Source: a virus
Length of the DNA stretch: 46,348 nt
IMG/VR virus record: IMGVR_UViG_3300010362_000004
Coordinates: 1 to 46,348 of that record
Reading direction: 5' to 3' (one strand)
Every line of letters begins with the position of its first letter. The first letter of the stretch is position 1. The notes beneath the pieces are model-generated. The model had not been told where the DNA came from. It was given only the letters and a program-made list of their open reading frames with translations, and made no database searches. The position numbers were made by a program, and so were the translations under genes. Below, one piece after another: positions 29,988 through 39,673 of the stretch.

Positions 29988-31326
29988 AGTCCTTGACGCC
30001 CTTCAGCCGGCCATGGGCGCCTGGGCCCGGTGTCCCAGACAGCCCGCCCGCGGTCGACGGCACTGCTCCCGAGAAGTGCACTTCGAGCCCTAGCTCGGTG
30101 ATGAACTCGTCCTTGTGGCTATCGACCCCGTTCCCCTGGACGTTCTGCTTGAACTCGGTGTCGTCCAGAATCCGGAGCTTCAGGAACTGGACGTCGAGCG
30201 CATAGCCATCCTTCCGGAGCACCGGGTCATGGGAGAGCAACGGATGTTGCTTGAAGAGCAGGTTCCCGAACGGCGTGATGTAGCGCGTCAGCGCCAGGCC
30301 ATACGCTTGATCGGTCGGGACCGCCTCGATGGTGAGCTTCCCCTTCGCCATCTTGTTCCAGGCGTTCAGGAATGTGGAGCCGCAGAGCACCAGCTTCTCG
30401 TCGTTCCCGTAGCGGAATAGCTCCTCGCACCAGGCATCAGCCGTCTTCTCTTGCAGGACGCCTGCGTTGGCGGTCCCGATATCCCAATTGAGCCCCGGCG
30501 TGTTGATATCGGTCGACACCGCCGGCAGCCAATTCAGCATGCCGCGCGTGGTGCGGAGCGGCTTCCCGGTCGATGTCCCGGTCAGGTTGCCCGCAGCGCC
30601 GGCAATCGTGGTGACTTCAGCCCGCTCGCCCAGGAGCAACGCGCGCTCGATATCAATCGAGTGCAGCTGATACGCCTCGCGCTGCGCCTCGGTGTATGGT
30701 CCCTCGGCATCATAGCGGAGCTTCGTCCGCATCGCGGTACGGGTGAATTCCAGGGAGTTGCGGAAAATTTGCGTGAAGTTGTAATGCCTGTAGGGCTGAT
30801 AGGCGACGGCATCCTTCGAGTCCGCACCTTCCGGCGAGCCATTCCCAACGACCAGAATCGCATCGGCAATCGCCGCCGATGCATCCCCGGTCAGCGCCGG
30901 GTTGGTGGCAAACTTGCCACCGTGGTCCCGCCGGACGGCGATCGAGCTATTCGCCGTGCTGGTGGAAATGACGAGCAGGTTCTCTTCCGTGGCCAGGTCC
31001 ATCAGCACCTGACCGGGAGAGAAGATGGAGACGTCGTTGACGAGAAGGTATGCGGTGGCACCATCCGCCTGCCCAGCTGCGATGTCATCTCCGACGGCGG
31101 GCGGATCGGTGACCTTGGCGCCGCGGACTTGATCGCGCTCGTTGGGCAGTCCCTTCTCGAACCAGCGAAAATCCGGGTCGTCGGTCCTCTCATCCGGCAG
31201 CATGGAGAGGATCGCCGTCAACGGCGTATCGCCATTCGGGAAGACGAGATTGATTCCCTGGCGCCAGTTTCTCGGGCGCTCGTCGTCGCTGAACTGGCCC
31301 GAGCCGTACATGCCCAGAATCGCCAT
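29977..31326 (-). CDS. Major capsid protein
   Basis: 449 aa directly after the scaffold gene. The N-terminus (ERPRNWRQGINLVFPNGDTPLTAILSML...DDPDFRWFEK) resembles a known podophage capsid family. SD GAGGGGGTGA. Confidence 0.8.
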   Translation of the reverse strand: MAILGMYGSGQFSDDERPRNWRQGINLVFPNGDTPLTAILSMLPDERTDDPDFRWFEKGLPNERDQVRGAKVTDPPAVGDDIAAGQADGATAYLLVNDVSIFSPGQVLMDLATEENLLVISTSTANSSIAVRRDHGGKFATNPALTGDASAAIADAILVVGNGSPEGADSKDAVAYQPYRHYNFTQIFRNSLEFTRTAMRTKLRYDAEGPYTEAQREAYQLHSIDIERALLLGERAEVTTIAGAAGNLTGTSTGKPLRTTRGMLNWLPAVSTDINTPGLNWDIGTANAGVLQEKTADAWCEELFRYGNDEKLVLCGSTFLNAWNKMAKGKLTIEAVPTDQAYGLALTRYITPFGNLLFKQHPLLSHDPVLRKDGYALDVQFLKLRILDDTEFKQNVQGNGVDSHKDEFITELGLEVHFSGAVPSTAGGLSGTPGPGAHGRLKGVKDYGP

Positions 31327-31337
31327 CGCTCACCCCC

Positions 31338-32180
31338 TCACGCTTGCCGCCGGGCCAGGCGGTAAATGTCCCGCTGGACCTTGGTCATCTGCGGCCGGCT
31401 ACGACCCAGCGAGCTGCCCATTTCGGCCTGGGCGGGCCGGAAGCGCTCGCGGGCACCGTCGATCCCGGTGACACGGGCCCGGCGGCGCGGCGCCTCGTCG
31501 GGCACCGCGATGTTCCACTCTTTCAGCTGGGCCCGGGTGCGGTCGCGAATCTCCGACAGCACCTGCTCGCCCGTGTAGCGGGCGCCCTGCCCGATCTCGT
31601 TCGAGACCTCGGCGGCGAATTGCCGCACCACGCGGTCGTAAGGGAGCAGCCCCTGATTCGCTTCCCAGAAGGAGCGCTTCAGCTGCTCGCCGTCCTGGCG
31701 GATGTTGACCTGATTCAGCCGCTGCTCGACCTGCTGATTCACTTCGCCCATCAGGTGATTGCGGAGCAGGTGCTGGTTCAGGACAAAAATCTTCTGCAGC
31801 GCGTCGGTGGCGACTGCGGAACCGACATTCGGGTCCGCGATCATCTGGTTCCAGGTGTCCGGATCGACGCGGATTTGATCCATCGCCTGCCGCACCGGAT
31901 CGACCGGCGGCTCTGTCGGCTGGCCGCCACCGCGTCGGAGGAACTCTAGTTCCCGCTCGATCGCTTCGCGGCGCCCGACTTCCGCGGCGAACTTCTCGCG
32001 AAGCTCTGCCACCGGATCGACGCGCGATTGCTCTTCTGGTTCCGGCTCATCGTCGGCCGGCGGCGGCACGCCCGGTGCGGGCTCTTCCTCGGGCGACTCG
32101 TCATCCGGGCCGCGCGGGGGCCGCTCGCCACCGATCGTGAGCATGGCAGCGAGCCCACGACGGGGGTCTTGCGTTGGCAT
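31338..32180 (-). CDS. Scaffolding protein candidate
   Basis: Acidic Pro/Glu-rich N-terminus with a helical Gln/Glu-rich body. It lies between the portal and capsid genes. Confidence 0.6.
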   Translation of the reverse strand: MPTQDPRRGLAAMLTIGGERPPRGPDDESPEEEPAPGVPPPADDEPEPEEQSRVDPVAELREKFAAEVGRREAIERELEFLRRGGGQPTEPPVDPVRQAMDQIRVDPDTWNQMIADPNVGSAVATDALQKIFVLNQHLLRNHLMGEVNQQVEQRLNQVNIRQDGEQLKRSFWEANQGLLPYDRVVRQFAAEVSNEIGQGARYTGEQVLSEIRDRTRAQLKEWNIAVPDEAPRRRARVTGIDGARERFRPAQAEMGSSLGRSRPQMTKVQRDIYRLARRQA

Positions 32181-32242
32181 GACGCGCGTGTAGCGCGCAT
32201 GCTACTATCGTGCAAGCAAGCTACAGAAACAGTCTGCTGGCT

Positions 32243-32548
32243 CTAACGTTCTGATTCCGTGAGGGGTTGCTCGTGGCCGAGCGATGAGAGAATGCGGATG
32301 ATTCGGGTGCATTCCTCGATCGCACCTTGCCGTGCCTGGAAGCGGGCGAGCGTATGAACGTCAGCGAGCAATTCGGCGCCCATGGCCATATGGGCGCGCT
32401 CCAGCAGCGTATCGCGGTGGTCGCGCAGGACGTCGATCACGATAGCGAGTGAGCCCTCTTGTGCAAGTCGCCGCAGGACTTGCCGGGCGGTCTCCTCCGG
32501 TACGCGCCGGGGGACCTTAGGCAGCGACCGTGGCTTCAGGCGAACCAT
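32243..32548 (-). CDS. Helical hypothetical protein (101 aa)
   Basis: ATG start. It overlaps the upstream HTH gene by 32 nt. Confidence 0.55.
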   Translation of the reverse strand: MVRLKPRSLPKVPRRVPEETARQVLRRLAQEGSLAIVIDVLRDHRDTLLERAHMAMGAELLADVHTLARFQARQGAIEECTRIIRILSSLGHEQPLTESER

Positions 32549-32807
32549 TTAACTGTCTCACATGGGCGAAGAGCCCTTCACTCGCCTGGACACCGAGTGT
32601 CCGCTGAATGTGAATGACCTGCACGGCAATCTGCATTTCCGTCGGATGGAGCCGGAAGTGGTGCCCGCGACCATAGCGCGGATCGGGCTCGACACGCAGA
32701 AAGCCGCGCTCGATCCACCAGCGCACGCGGCGACGCGGCACGCCGAGAAATCGGGCCACCTGGCCCACATGCAGCGGCTCGTTCAGGTCCAATCGATTCT
32801 CTGTCAT
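32517..32807 (-). CDS. MerR/excisionase-type HTH protein (96 aa)
   Basis: LHVGQVARFLGVPRRRVRWWIERGFL. ATGA overlap with the portal stop. Confidence 0.6.
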   Translation of the reverse strand: MTENRLDLNEPLHVGQVARFLGVPRRRVRWWIERGFLRVEPDPRYGRGHHFRLHPTEMQIAVQVIHIQRTLGVQASEGLFAHVRQLNGSPEATVAA

Positions 32808-34795
32808 GCGCCGACTCCTGCTGGCATCGGCCCAGCCGCGCGGCCGTTCCCTGGTCCCTGACCGACCGGGAAACCGTCCGATCCCTGCGACGGCGGCGGC
32901 GCTTCCGGCCCGGCACCCGACGGGACGATGTTGCCAGCCTGCTGCTGCTGCATGGCCATCTGGTCCGGCACCACCTGGACCGTGACGAAATCCTGTACGT
33001 TCTTGATCCCCAAGACACGCAGCAGCTGCGTGAAGACTTCCAGCAGGTTGATCTGTGCCGCCGCCTGGGCAGCGTACGGGCTCTGCATGCCCAGCTGCAG
33101 AATCTCCCGCAGCACGTTGGCATGGAACGCCTTGTCCGTCGGAATACCAGATTCCAGCAGCGGGATACGGAACTCGCCCTGCAGTAACTCGGGCGTGATC
33201 GTCAGCATCTCTTTCCCGAGCACCTGCTTGTAGGCGTCCAGGGTCGGCATCTGCAGCCGCTCAGAGAGAAACGTCTTCGTGTTCTCCAGCATCATCTCCG
33301 GCCAGTCGGTGATGCCCTGCGCGGCACAGACGACACCGAGCAGCTTCATCCGTCCGCTCGCTAGCGACAGCTGGGCCTGCACTTCGGTAGCGGCCCGGCG
33401 TCCGGTATTGGACAGTCCCTGAATCAGCCGGTTGGCACCCGTCACCGTCTCGATCAGGTCTTGCACCACGCGGGCATCATTCAGGTGGCCCTGGGTCGTA
33501 TCTTGCACCGGCAGCGGGAAGACAGCTTCCCTCGCGGCTCCGGTCGTGTAGTGCTCTTTGTTGATCCGCCAGATGCCGCTCGGATTCGGCTGCGTCCAGT
33601 CGACCGTCTCGATGAGCGACGGATCAACGACAATCTCGTTATTCAGCGTCTTCCGCACCGCTGCCATGCGGGCGTTGAAGAGCCAGGATAGATGATACTG
33701 GAGCCCCGATATCGTCTCGATCATCGACGGGGTGGCCGGCGCGTGCACGTCGTAGTTGATCTGGATGCCGGCAAACGGGAAGCGCCGGCTTGGCAGATTC
33801 GCCGCCTCGGCTCGGATGATCCGCGAGCCATTGGCCAGCGTGAACACCCAGAGCGCCGGCAGATCGTTCGTGCGCGTGGTCGGTAGCCCTAGCTCCTTCG
33901 GCCGCAGGAACCACCACATTTCATGCAGGTCGACATAGCCCGCGTCGTATTGGTCGATCTTGCCGCGGAACCACTCCTGCGAGACGCCGACCGTTTCCCC
34001 GAGCGCGCTCTTCCCGCCCGAGTAGCCCGATTCTCCGGTGTGGCCGCCCGAGCGACTCTGGATGTACTCGACGCCAGTATAGAGCCCTTCGGCCGCCTTC
34101 ACCTGGATTTCCGTCGGGGAGCGTCGCATGCGGTGCGCCACGAATTCGCCACGCTGGAAATCCGCCAGCGAGCGATTCGGGTCAGGGAAGAAATCGAAGG
34201 GCGAGACATTCATCGCCTCGTTCCCCTCGTAGGACACGACGTCCTCTTCCATCAGCATGTCTTCGGTCTGCCCGGAGCCGAATAGGTCGGGCATGAACAT
34301 GCGCTTGATCTGCGGCCATTCGCGGATCGTCCACACGTTCTTAATGACGCCCCAATCGTAGCGGAGCGCATCGAAGAGCCACTGCACCAGGATCAGCAGC
34401 CCGCGGGGGCGCATGCGATCCATCTGGTACTCGATCAGGTGCTCATGCATGATGGCGGCCTTCATGTAGTCCCCGACCGGCTCGACGGGGAAGATAGGCT
34501 TCCGATCCGTGAAGACGGTAATCAGAAACGACAGGACCGACTGCACCTGCGCGTAGCTATACGGGACGACGATTTTCTGGACGCCTTCGGTAAGCGAGCG
34601 CGAGGCGACCTTCTTGTCTTCCTGGTCAGCGTAGCGGAAGGAGCGGAAGAGCCGTTCCGATTCCCGCCAGGTCCGCTGGCGACCGGACCAGCGCTGCTCG
34701 GAGGCCCGGATACGGTTTCGGATCGCGGAGACGAGCCGGTCGTTCAGGGGCGACTGCTCGCGATTCAGCTGGTCAGCGACTTCGCCCTGCATCAT
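32804..34795 (-). CDS. Portal protein
   Basis: 663 aa immediately downstream of the large terminase. SD GAGGGGGA. Confidence 0.8.
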   Translation of the reverse strand: MMQGEVADQLNREQSPLNDRLVSAIRNRIRASEQRWSGRQRTWRESERLFRSFRYADQEDKKVASRSLTEGVQKIVVPYSYAQVQSVLSFLITVFTDRKPIFPVEPVGDYMKAAIMHEHLIEYQMDRMRPRGLLILVQWLFDALRYDWGVIKNVWTIREWPQIKRMFMPDLFGSGQTEDMLMEEDVVSYEGNEAMNVSPFDFFPDPNRSLADFQRGEFVAHRMRRSPTEIQVKAAEGLYTGVEYIQSRSGGHTGESGYSGGKSALGETVGVSQEWFRGKIDQYDAGYVDLHEMWWFLRPKELGLPTTRTNDLPALWVFTLANGSRIIRAEAANLPSRRFPFAGIQINYDVHAPATPSMIETISGLQYHLSWLFNARMAAVRKTLNNEIVVDPSLIETVDWTQPNPSGIWRINKEHYTTGAAREAVFPLPVQDTTQGHLNDARVVQDLIETVTGANRLIQGLSNTGRRAATEVQAQLSLASGRMKLLGVVCAAQGITDWPEMMLENTKTFLSERLQMPTLDAYKQVLGKEMLTITPELLQGEFRIPLLESGIPTDKAFHANVLREILQLGMQSPYAAQAAAQINLLEVFTQLLRVLGIKNVQDFVTVQVVPDQMAMQQQQAGNIVPSGAGPEAPPPSQGSDGFPVGQGPGNGRAAGPMPAGVGA

Positions 34796-34810
34796 CGCCC
34801 CGTCCCCCTC

Positions 34811-36220
34811 TCAGATATCGACGCGCGCCACGCAGGGCCGTTGCGATGGCATCACGGGAGCCAGGCTCACGGGATGGAGAATGTCCGCGAGCGCGTAGCG
34901 GAGCGCATCCACGGCGTGATCGTAGAGCCCGTCCTTCTTCGGTAGCTCGGTGCCGTCCGGACTCACATGGAGCCGGTAGCCGCCGCAGAGTGCCTCACGA
35001 ATCCAGACGCATTCGGCATGCACGCGGAGCAGCGGCACCCCAAGCGACGTGCGGGCAATCAGGTCCCGCAGCGCCTCGATCGTCGGCCAGATTTTGAGCT
35101 TCCGGAATCGCGGTGTGATGTTCGCGCGCCGGAGCACCTGGACACACGAAAAACCCAGGTCGTTCTTCTGGATGCCCGCCGCATCGCAGTAGTCGAGAAT
35201 GGGCAGGTCAGCGAATTTCTCGGTGGTTCGATTCTGCACCAGGCGGGCGAAGGTGTCGATGTCTTCGTTGGTGCCGAGCAGTTCATCGAGAACGTGAACG
35301 TGCCCGGTCGGCAGCGCCTGGACCCAGACGCAGCAAGGGTGCCGGTACCCGAAATCCCAGCCCCGGAAGACGGTGATCCCGGGCTCCGGCTGCAGGACGT
35401 TGACGTGCCGCGACTCCGAGAACTCGGTAAAGACGGGGGTCCCGGTCGCCGTGTAGCCCCACTGCCCCTCTAGAAACCGCCGCCGCTTGTTCTCGGGCAT
35501 GCGGCGCAGTTCCTCGATGTACTCGGGCGGCAGGTTCGAATGGATGACGCCACCGTCTGCCCGCGTGTCATCGACCGGGCGACGGCAGAGTGCCGTCTCG
35601 GGGGTCTCGTACTCTTCGAGCTGCTCGCTGTGCCGCTTGTAGCAGAGAACATAGTTGTCGGTGGTGGCGAAGTGGTGCACCGACATATTCGGCTGCTTGT
35701 TGAGCACGAAGGTGTGATACAGCCAGTGATCCCGATTCGGTGGGTTGGTCGCGAGCACGAGCCGTCGCGGACCGATACGACCGGAGAGCCGGCCCTTCGA
35801 CAGCATCGAGAAGTCGTCCTGCGTGAACTCGTAGGCTTCGTCACCAAAGATGGCATCGAAGGATGACGAGCCGAGCTTCCGCCAATCGTCCAGGCAGCGC
35901 GCCATGACGACGGTCCCGCCCTGCAGCGTCGCTTCCTCGCGGCCTTCCGTGCGCCGCGGCTCATCAGCCAGTAGCTCGTTGGGGCACTCGGCCAAAAAGT
36001 CGCGCCAGGTGGTATCGCGCAGTGCGGGATAGGTCTTGCGAAAGATCGCGAAGCGGGCACCCGGGTTTTCGAGTGCCAGCAGGATACACTCCCAGATCAT
36101 CCCGACTGATTTCCCGGCACGCCAGGCACCAAGCAGCAGCCGGTATTTCGCGGGGTCGGAGTGAAATGCGTTCTGGACGGGTGACGGCGTATACGTCGCC
36201 ACCGAGACGGCCGCGGACAC
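34811..36220 (-). CDS. terL: Terminase large subunit
   Basis: Walker A GAWRAGKS and Walker B AIFGDEA, with a C-terminal nuclease-like half. GTG start. Confidence 0.9.
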   Translation of the reverse strand: MSAAVSVATYTPSPVQNAFHSDPAKYRLLLGAWRAGKSVGMIWECILLALENPGARFAIFRKTYPALRDTTWRDFLAECPNELLADEPRRTEGREEATLQGGTVVMARCLDDWRKLGSSSFDAIFGDEAYEFTQDDFSMLSKGRLSGRIGPRRLVLATNPPNRDHWLYHTFVLNKQPNMSVHHFATTDNYVLCYKRHSEQLEEYETPETALCRRPVDDTRADGGVIHSNLPPEYIEELRRMPENKRRRFLEGQWGYTATGTPVFTEFSESRHVNVLQPEPGITVFRGWDFGYRHPCCVWVQALPTGHVHVLDELLGTNEDIDTFARLVQNRTTEKFADLPILDYCDAAGIQKNDLGFSCVQVLRRANITPRFRKLKIWPTIEALRDLIARTSLGVPLLRVHAECVWIREALCGGYRLHVSPDGTELPKKDGLYDHAVDALRYALADILHPVSLAPVMPSQRPCVARVDI

Positions 36221-36226
36221 CGTGCC

Positions 36227-36367
36227 TTACTTCCGCTTTTTCGGCGGATTCTTGGCGAAATCCCGCAGCTGCTTTTCGCTCATGCCGGTGCGCGTCTTCT
36301 GGCCGGCGCGTTCCCGGGCAAGCTCGGCACCCATGAAGCGCCTCTGCTTCTGCGTGCTAGCTGGCAT
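36227..36367 (-). CDS. Small basic hypothetical protein (46 aa)
   Basis: Hand translation gives MPASTQKQRRFMGAELARERAGQKTRTGMSEKQLRDFAKNPPKKRK. It overlaps the upstream stop. Confidence 0.4.
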   Translation of the reverse strand: MPASTQKQRRFMGAELARERAGQKTRTGMSEKQLRDFAKNPPKKRK

Positions 36368-36920
36368 CGTCGGAGACCTCCTCACTCGCGGCGCCGGGGA
36401 GCTGCGCGCGATAGGATTGCAGTTCGTGCACTAGCTCCGGCAGGCGGGCGATGGCGCGTTTCAGTTCTCGCTGGCAGGCGTGCGCAATCTCACCCGCGTA
36501 GCCGACGCCAACGTAGCGGACGAATTCGTCCGCCGTGTCGAATCCGTGGATCGCATCCCGTTCCTGCAGCCCGAGCTTGCCATCCGCACGGAGCACGATG
36601 GCGTCGTAGGCGCGGCTCACCAGCACGATGAAATCCTCGCCCTTCGGCCGTACCGGGCGGATCGCCTTCATCGTGAGGGTGCAGAGGAAGTTGGCAGCGG
36701 GCGCGAGGGCATCGAGGACGGCGCCCAGGAACTGCCCTTCGTGCGAGGCCGTTTCGGAGCGTACCTCTTCGTAGCTGTCCCGCTGCACGCTCAGCTGCTC
36801 GGCCAGGGTCCGGAGCGCAGCAGGCGCCACCATCTCAGGTGTCTTCGGTGGCCTACCTGGCTTCAAGATTTTGGCCGCCTTCGGCTTCTCCTTCTCCTTG
36901 ACGAGACTGCGACGCAGCAT
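36357..36920 (-). CDS. Hypothetical protein (187 aa)
   Basis: Internal ATG, 2 nt after the upstream stop. Confidence 0.65.
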   Translation of the reverse strand: MLRRSLVKEKEKPKAAKILKPGRPPKTPEMVAPAALRTLAEQLSVQRDSYEEVRSETASHEGQFLGAVLDALAPAANFLCTLTMKAIRPVRPKGEDFIVLVSRAYDAIVLRADGKLGLQERDAIHGFDTADEFVRYVGVGYAGEIAHACQRELKRAIARLPELVHELQSYRAQLPGAASEEVSDDAS

Positions 36921-36921
36921 C

Positions 36922-37389
36922 TCAACGCACCTCCACCACAGTGGTATCCTTCTGCTTCCCGGGCCGCGCGACCAGATTGTTGACGATGATCTGGGTCGGC
37001 TTCGCATCGCCCGTGCCCGGCTTCAGCACCGACACGACACGCTCGATGGCTAGCTCAAACGCCGTGAGCGATATCTTCTCGTTCTTCGAAAGCAGGAGCT
37101 TCCGGAAGCGCCGCAGCAGGCGATTCTGCAGCAGCATCTCGCCCAGGGCACGGGCCGTCGCATCGCGGGCATCTTCGAGCGACGTCGGCTTATGGTTCGC
37201 GAGCGAAACGACGGGCTCGTTCTGCAGGAACTTTGCCCGTTCACTGAGTGCCCGGAGCTTCGCCCGATCTGCCGGGCTGAGCTTCGATGGCCGCGCGATA
37301 GGTAGCGGGCCGAGCGTGCCGGGCTCCTGGGGAATTTCCCGCGGCGGGAGCACGGGCATAGTGCCATCGTGCTCGTCAGAATCCCCCAT
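36922..37389 (-). CDS. First late-operon gene; possible terminase small subunit (position only)
   Basis: 155 aa, upstream of terL. No motif recognised. Confidence 0.35.
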   Translation of the reverse strand: MGDSDEHDGTMPVLPPREIPQEPGTLGPLPIARPSKLSPADRAKLRALSERAKFLQNEPVVSLANHKPTSLEDARDATARALGEMLLQNRLLRRFRKLLLSKNEKISLTAFELAIERVVSVLKPGTGDAKPTQIIVNNLVARPGKQKDTTVVEVR

Positions 37390-37499
37390 GCTGGCGCGCG
37401 TAGCACGCAGGCAGGCAGCAAGAAACCCAGTCTACCGGGTCTCTGTCAGGCGTAGGGGGCTAATAGAGGCGCAACAAAACCCTAATGTTTTCGCAGGGG

Positions 37500-37541
37500 T
37501 TGACTTCAGCTGCCAATGTGGTATACTACAGGTGTACTACA
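37500..37541 (+). promoter_or_regulatory. Strong sigma70-like promoter with two phased GTACTACA-type repeats
   Basis: TTGACT (37500-05), 16 nt, then TGgTATACT (hexamer 37522-27). TACTACA occurs at 37524-30 and 37535-41. Confidence 0.7.
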
Positions 37542-37577
37542 AAGGTCCACAGTAGGACCGAAACGAAGGGAGTAGAC

Positions 37578-37802
37578 ATGCGCAAGAGAGAATGTGCCTA
37601 CAAGGGCATGCGGATCGATCCGCAATGGAAGTCTCCATCGTGTGATGGACCCATCGCGTTCCGCATCCGCGATTACTGGCGTGGTCCCGCACGGAAGAAG
37701 CTCGGGCCGGATATGCTGCTCTGCCGAGCACATGGGGAATGGTATCGGGTCCGATCGATGCCGTTCACTCCGCAGGCAGAGGCAATCAAAGAGCCCGCAT
37801 GA
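37578..37802 (+). CDS. Hypothetical protein (74 aa)
   Basis: AAGGGAGTAGAC directly before the ATG. Confidence 0.7.
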   Translation: MRKRECAYKGMRIDPQWKSPSCDGPIAFRIRDYWRGPARKKLGPDMLLCRAHGEWYRVRSMPFTPQAEAIKEPA

Positions 37803-37990
37803 GCCCCCGGCGGAAGAAGGAACCGCACCCGGCGATTGTCCGGCTGCGGCAGGCAGAGGAGAAAGTCCGCAGCTGGGAGTACCGCCTGAAGTACGCGGCT
37901 GAGAATCTGGAAGTCTGGCGGCGCCGCGTCGAGCAGTATAGGAATCGCGCCCGCACGCTGGCGCCCGATGAACTGGACAACGAAGTATGA
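37799..37990 (+). CDS. Coiled-coil hypothetical protein (63 aa)
   Basis: ATGA overlaps at both ends. Confidence 0.6.
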   Translation: MSPRRKKEPHPAIVRLRQAEEKVRSWEYRLKYAAENLEVWRRRVEQYRNRARTLAPDELDNEV

Positions 37991-38436
37991 CGCGCGCCCA
38001 AGCGGTCGCGCTCGCCGCCCCGTGCTTGTTCGCGTTCGAAACCGCGCACCGCCGCTACGGATGGGTCCTCGGCCCCGGACTCACCCTCATCCTCACCGTG
38101 AACAGCGGCTACGAGTGAATCGAGGAAGGGTACGGCGGGCCGGTCTGGCACGCAAGCATCTGCGGCGCGGCGACACGCCGCCTCGCCCACCGCCTCGCCC
38201 GCAAGGCACTGCGCGGCGTTGGCGATCCCGCCCATGAATGGGAAGAAGACCGCCCGATCGCATTCCACCTGCGCCGCCGGCTCACCCGCGTCGAAGCCGC
38301 GTCGATCGATCCCGTGCGCGATCTGCGCGGCACCGCCGAAGGTCGGGATCGCTACCACCTCATCCGTGACGAACTACCCGCACAGGTTCGGCAGATCGCT
38401 GAGGACGAACTCGCCCTCGCCCCTCAGAGACAGTAG
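37987..38436 (+). CDS. 149-codon reading frame interrupted by an in-frame TGA at 38116-38118
   Basis: The same frame before and after the TGA has high GC3 and protein-like sequence. No ATG or GTG lies within 68 codons after the TGA. Confidence 0.45.
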
Positions 38437-38444
38437 ACTGTCTC
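38427..38444 (+). terminator. 7-bp hairpin enclosing the TAG stop
   Basis: GAGACAG-taga-CTGTCTC. No U-tract. Confidence 0.3.
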
Positions 38445-38491
38445 ACAGTTAGCTTGCCTGCTGCCCCCCTTCATGCCACAGGAGCCGTGGC

Positions 38492-39673
38492 ATGGAGCGG
38501 GCTGCTAGACCGATCCTCATTCCGGTGCTCCTGCTCGCCTCGGCGATCCATGCCCAGACTCTGACGAGTGCGCTGGTCACAGCATCGCGCTGCGCCGGGC
38601 TGCAGGCAAGTCCCATGGTGCGCGTGTGGGCACGGAACTTCGCCAACGTCCTCGCCACCGACCTGAATCAGAATCCCGCCAGCATCGCCGCAGGCGCGGG
38701 CATGATCGACTCCAGCCAGGGCGAGATGGGCCCGATCCTGTTGGAGCACACGCATACGATCGGCCAAGGCCAGATCAACGTGAACGCGCCCGTTCAGCCC
38801 TCGTTGCTGACTGCCGACGACGGCATGGACCTGAGCCATCTCTCCGGGCCAGGCGATATCGTCCTGCAGCCGACAGAGGGGCCTACGGTGGCAGCCCAAC
38901 TGGACTACGATATCGATATCCGGCTCTGGGCAATTGCCCCGTCGATCACCTACGGGGTAACGGATCGGCTCGATCTCAGCGCATTGCTACCGATCGTCCA
39001 TCTCGCCGCCGATATCACGGGCATGAATCGCCCCGTCCAGGCACTCAGCACGACAGGCCAGTTTGAGCCGATCCCACGATCGGAACGGACCACGATCCGG
39101 AGCCGTCAGGTACTCTCCGTGCTCGGAGTTGGGGACCTGAACATCCGGGCCAGGTACCAGATTCATCCCGCGTGGGCCGCGACGTTGGCGGTCCAGTTCC
39201 CGACCGGCAATCCCGACAACGGACTCGGCACGGGAGACTATTGGATGAGTCCCAAACTGGTCGGAACGCTGGGGCTCTTCCACCACCGAGCGGAGGTGAA
39301 CTGGAACATCGGCTTGAACCTCGATCTGAATACAATCGACGCGAGCGAGGTGGCCTATGGCGTCGGGCTCGCGGCACGACTGTGGCCGGATTGGGCTGGT
39401 GTGGTCGAATTCCTCGGCCGCTCGCAGCTGGGCGCGAATGTGTTTGCGCTCGACACGGGGACACTCTACCTGCTCCCGACTGGTGTCCTCGATAGCCGGA
39501 GCTTCCTCGGGATGGAGTTTGGCCGGCGAGACTTCTTCACACTCGCATTTGGACTCCGCGGACGCCTCCCGTTGGGACTCGTTGCTTTCGTCGCAGGTGT
39601 CGTACCGCTGAATGACGCCGGCTTCCAGGCGCGTCCCGTGACGCCCGTCATGGGTATCGGAGCCACCTTTTGA
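38492..39673 (+). CDS. Outer-membrane beta-barrel protein (MetA-pathway/transporter-like OMP family, tentative)
   Basis: Signal peptide [21 protein letters not shown]. The sequence has alternating beta-strand-like segments and ends in a terminal Phe (GIGATF), as in OMPs. Confidence 0.7.
   Translation: MERAARPILIPVLLLASAIHAQTLTSALVTASRCAGLQASPMVRVWARNFANVLATDLNQNPASIAAGAGMIDSSQGEMGPILLEHTHTIGQGQINVNAPVQPSLLTADDGMDLSHLSGPGDIVLQPTEGPTVAAQLDYDIDIRLWAIAPSITYGVTDRLDLSALLPIVHLAADITGMNRPVQALSTTGQFEPIPRSERTTIRSRQVLSVLGVGDLNIRARYQIHPAWAATLAVQFPTGNPDNGLGTGDYWMSPKLVGTLGLFHHRAEVNWNIGLNLDLNTIDASEVAYGVGLAARLWPDWAGVVEFLGRSQLGANVFALDTGTLYLLPTGVLDSRSFLGMEFGRRDFFTLAFGLRGRLPLGLVAFVAGVVPLNDAGFQARPVTPVMGIGATF

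Noticed and set aside
37987-38436. Genome-wide TGA reassignment as the explanation for the in-frame TGA
   Set aside because: TGA terminates many well-supported genes here, including numerous ATGA stop/start overlaps. Any recoding would therefore have to be local.
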